Shown: piece after piece, positions 60,219-64,000 of the stretch
Layout: each line of letters opens with the position of its first letter
Position numbering within the stretch: the first letter of the stretch is position 1
Assembly (NCBI GenBank): GCA_052426225.1
Contig: JBNJNM010000012.1
Coordinates: 1,178,001 to 1,242,000, forward strand
DNA length: 64,000 nucleotides
Source of the DNA: Zancudomyces culisetae HAW-14-8
Taxonomy: Eukaryota; Fungi; Kickxellomycota
Direction: 5' to 3'
The notes under the pieces: model-generated
Told to the model about the DNA's origin: nothing
Database searches by the model: none
Seen by the model: the letters and a program-made list of their open reading frames with translations, nothing else
Translations under genes and position numbers: made by a program

Positions 60219-61998
60219 GTTATACATGTGTGTAATATTTTACTAATACATAGTGCTCAAAACAACACATAGTCACAGGTTGATTAATTAGAACTTCCAC
60301 CTCGGCTTAACTAAAACTAATGAATGAAATGATAAGGACGACTCAGAAAGCCGCACCTCAAAAAATAATTCGGGGTAAAATGTGGCCTTCAAGATGTATT
60401 TTTCTATATTAAACCTTATTTTTTTCCAAGCTTTTAGAGCCTTAAAATAAGACTTCATAACTAAAGTCATACTATATCGCTATTTCCTCAAAAATTATAA
60501 CAGTAGAATGACTTTTATCGTTTCGGTTTGAAAAAATATAGTCCTTGAGTAATGATACTATTTTTATCTATTTATTTAGAACATGTACCAAATTACGAGC
60601 ACTTTAAGGCTGAATCATAGCTATTCATTGTGGCTGTATCAAAAACATACACATACATCTTCATAAGTTAATTTCAGGCAAGTTGCTCAAGAAAAAAAAA
60701 CGCTTATTAGACATGTGTTTTGGCTTGATTATGTAAATCACTTGCAGATAAAACGTTTGAATAATTTCAAAAGACGCTATTTGGGCTGTGTTAATACACA
60801 AGTCTGCGAATAATTGCTTCGATTTTTCAGTACTGACATCCAAACATACCCTGTTTGCCATCAAGAACCAAGAGACATGTTAGTATTGAATTTTATGCCC
60901 ATATCTTCATTTACAGTAACATAAAAAATCTATTATTTTTGACCAAAAATACTACAACATTGTTGCGTTTGAATTACGCAGAAAGATAGTTCAAAGAAAA
61001 CAGTATAACTTGAATGACAAATGAGTTTGCATGTGTTCATGGGGGGGGGGGGGGGTATAATTGCTGCTCATGGTATGTGAAAGCAGAAGTGACTACGAGT
61101 TTTGTGCTCGAATTAACCTGGCAATCTAATATGATTTATAAGACACAGAGTAACTGTTTGGGGTCGGTGCATGTTCAGTTGATGTGGCCAATATCTCGAA
61201 AATGTAATATAACAAATATAAATGGCCTATTGTTGTACTTTTCAGGCTTTTTTTTGCATTCTTGACAGACTGAACTGTTCTGTGTTTGTAGTAGAAAGAG
61301 TTAAAAGGATACGTTCCAACAACTCTGCATTTTATTGCAAGTATTTTTTCTTTCCCCGCTTTATATTTTGGTGCACTCGGCTGTATTCCAAGCTACCAAC
61401 ATTTGTCATACTCGATATTGAGCGAGAGAGTATTTGTGTTCTATTGCCCTAGATCACGGATTTGGTCTTGAGCTTAGTATGTGAGCAATAATTGAGTGTT
61501 TTCATATTGTACAAAGTTTGCCATAAACGTCTGTCGCGTCCATCAGTTTGATAAATTGGAGCAGTTTCTCTTTTTTTTTATCTACTTTTAGGTGTTGTAA
61601 TAAGACCATGCGAAATTATATAATTTTTGCTAAAAAAAAAAAACAAATAAATAAATACAAAAAAATGTATAAAAAATATATACAATTCTCAATGTGGTAG
61701 CCGCTTTTGGAAAAAAATAAAAAACGTAATCCGAAATTCCAAATCCTAATAGGACGATTCTCAAATATCCACAAAAAAAAATAATTCGTTCAATTAAATG
61801 CTAATCACCAAATAAAAACAAGGCCCTTGAGACTTTTATTTTGTCGGGTTTTAATGAGTAACTACGACCTATAAAGGTATCAGAAAGGGATAAACTTTGA
61901 AGGATGTGAGCTTGAAACGTTTTTCTTTTTCATCCTTATCTGGGAACAGAAACAATTTCAATTCGAAATACAATTGAAGTAAATCGTGTCAAATCAAT

Positions 61999-63243
61999 AT
62001 GGAAAATCAAAATCAGTGGGGCGAAATCGAGCCCTCGATCTCGGCAATGTCTACCTTTAACCCAATCAGGGAGTTACTGAGCACCTCTCAGGAGAAACAG
62101 CCCGGCCAAAAAAGCGAACAGACTTTGATTAATCTTTCCTTGGGAGATCCTACGTTATATGGGAATCTCAAGATAAATAAGCAGGGTGTGGATGCCGTGG
62201 ATGAGGCTCTAAAGAGCTTTGAGTGTAACGGGTATTTACCAGGTATGGGAAAATTAGAAGCGAGGCAAGCGATAGCCCAGTCCTATAGTAATGAAGAGCA
62301 TGTTGTGGATCCATCCAATGTGGTCCTGGCAAGTGGCTGCTCTGGTGCATTGCTACTGTGTATCACGTCCTTACTGAACCCAGGCGATAATATACTCATC
62401 CCGAAGCCTGGATTTTCGCTATATAAGACTATAGCATCATCCTATGGCATAGAATACAAGACCTACAATTTATTGCCAGAAAAACAATGGGAAATAAATC
62501 TTGAGGAGCTGGAGTCGCTTGTAGATGCAAAGACAAAGGCAATATTGGTTAATAATCCATCGAACCCATGTGGGAGTAACTATAGTAAAAAACATTTGCT
62601 AGAAATCATAGCATTTTGTGAAAAACATAGACTTCCTATAATTGCGGATGAAATATACAGAGATATTGTATTTTCTGGAGAGGAGTTTTATCCATTTTAT
62701 AGTCTGACTAATTCCGTACCTGTCTTAACAACTGGTGGCCTTGCAAAGCAGTTTTTGGTTCCTGGATGGAGACTGGGGTGGGTAGTTGTACACGATCCGC
62801 TTGGTAACTTTGAAAAAGTCAAAAGGGGATTGATGGCCTTGTCTAACCTTATACTGGGACCCAACTCACTAATCCAGGGCGCTATACCGAAAATTCTAAA
62901 CCCCACCTCAGATAACACAAACTTCAAGGCCCATCTTAACTTGGTACTCGAGAAAAATGCTAAAGTTTGTGAAGATGCGCTATCATCTGTTGAAGGCCTC
63001 ACTGTTGTTAAGCCACAAGGCGCCATGTATTGCATGGTTGTAATTAATACTTGCAACTTCAAGGATATTAGGAATGGATATGATTTTTACCATGCGCTTA
63101 AATGGGAAGAAAACGTGGAAATTCTACCTGGTGAGGTCTTTGACTTTCCAAACAGCTTTAGAATAGTACTTGCTCCTCCTGAAGATGTAATGCTTGAGGC
63201 TGCGCACAGAATTAAGCGTTTCTGTGAACGACACAGGGCTTGA
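61999..63243 (+). CDS. TAT: Tyrosine aminotransferase (class I PLP, animal/plant TAT type)
   Basis: NPIR, LSLGDPT, ASGCSGAL, NNPSNPCGS, IADEIY, GGLAKQFLVPGWRLGW (PLP lysine), PQGAMY, RFCERH end. Confidence 0.92.
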   Translation: MENQNQWGEIEPSISAMSTFNPIRELLSTSQEKQPGQKSEQTLINLSLGDPTLYGNLKINKQGVDAVDEALKSFECNGYLPGMGKLEARQAIAQSYSNEEHVVDPSNVVLASGCSGALLLCITSLLNPGDNILIPKPGFSLYKTIASSYGIEYKTYNLLPEKQWEINLEELESLVDAKTKAILVNNPSNPCGSNYSKKHLLEIIAFCEKHRLPIIADEIYRDIVFSGEEFYPFYSLTNSVPVLTTGGLAKQFLVPGWRLGWVVVHDPLGNFEKVKRGLMALSNLILGPNSLIQGAIPKILNPTSDNTNFKAHLNLVLEKNAKVCEDALSSVEGLTVVKPQGAMYCMVVINTCNFKDIRNGYDFYHALKWEENVEILPGEVFDFPNSFRIVLAPPEDVMLEAAHRIKRFCERHRA

Positions 63244-64000
63244 TCATAATAATACCAATATATTTTTGTACCCTAAATCTAAATTGCATCTGCCTTTTTA
63301 CACCTCTAGGGAGTTGATGTTTTTCTTTTTATTAAATACTTAGTGTTCCTTAAAGGAGTTGCAAAATATACTAATGGATCAACAGCCACATGAAATTAAA
63401 CATGTTAATATAGGTGAACGTCAGCTCGAACTGGTCATCTGGAGGTTTCATACAAACAGTGCAGCGTTTATTTACTAATGCTTTATTTTTTAATCTAGTT
63501 GTTTATAACAGGAAAAAAATTGAAACCATTTTCTGGTGCACACATTATGCTATCTTGATTACTTCACACAACAACTATCAGATATTGCAAATTATTAGAT
63601 GGATTTACTAAATAAATATCCATAAAACTACAAAAAATATTGTGAAGATCAGCTATTCGTTTTCTTTCCCTTAACAGATTTTATGAGTGCATATAAATTG
63701 TAATATTTAACCATACTTAAATAAAAAATAAGTTCACCTGTGTTGCAAACTTGGGCAAGCCATGGTATGTGTATAAAAAACATTTTGATTAGAGTATGTG
63801 TGCATCTGTTGCCATTACCAGAAGGAAGAGGGGTGGGGGTGAATGGGAACCACTAGTTCCTACCCAGACAGGTGTAGCTGTCTCTCCAACGTCACCACCC
63901 TATCAAAGAATAATAGGTAATGTATATATTTATCCAGGGAACGATACCGAGCCAAACACCGTTGCACCAGCATTAATTCAATTGGCATTTATCAACACTA

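Noticed and set aside
63740-64000. Possible exons at the window end (ATG|GTATGT and a frame with an internal TGA)
   Set aside because: No coherent reading frame or recognisable product; truncated by the window edge.
1-64000. Transposons, CRISPR arrays, rRNA, spliceosomal snRNAs, TPP riboswitch
   Set aside because: No transposase/RT motifs, TIRs or LTRs, spaced repeats, or diagnostic RNA signatures seen by eye; a covariance-model scan could still find divergent RNAs.

Overview
AT-rich, gene-dense eukaryotic nuclear DNA from a fungus. Introns are short, GT-AG type, with CTAA(C/T) branch points. The gene content (TOE1, animal/plant-type tyrosine aminotransferase, stand-alone SRA1, GPI-type trypsin, DUF4451/Rua1-type regulator) points to an early-diverging fungus; a Zoopagomycota/Harpellales-like origin is my inference only. 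I support 25 protein-coding genes, several of them invisible or fragmented in the ORF track and rebuilt by hand from splice sites (MAD2, LSM4, SRA1, REC114-like, BOS1, cystinosin, LAS17/WASP N-terminus). I found no convincing tRNA, rRNA, transposon or CRISPR. Most notable observations: (1) SmD1 needs a GC donor that overlaps a frameshifting GT donor; (2) two intergenic multi-hairpin regions are candidate structured ncRNAs; (3) a cryptic REC114-like meiotic gene; (4) a stand-alone SRA1/Sec31-tail protein; (5) a secreted protein with a FAMeT-like domain; (6) local purine/pyrimidine skew domains that appear to reshape codons and protein sequence. No single confirmed novel system is evident; all family calls come from remembered motifs, not database searches.
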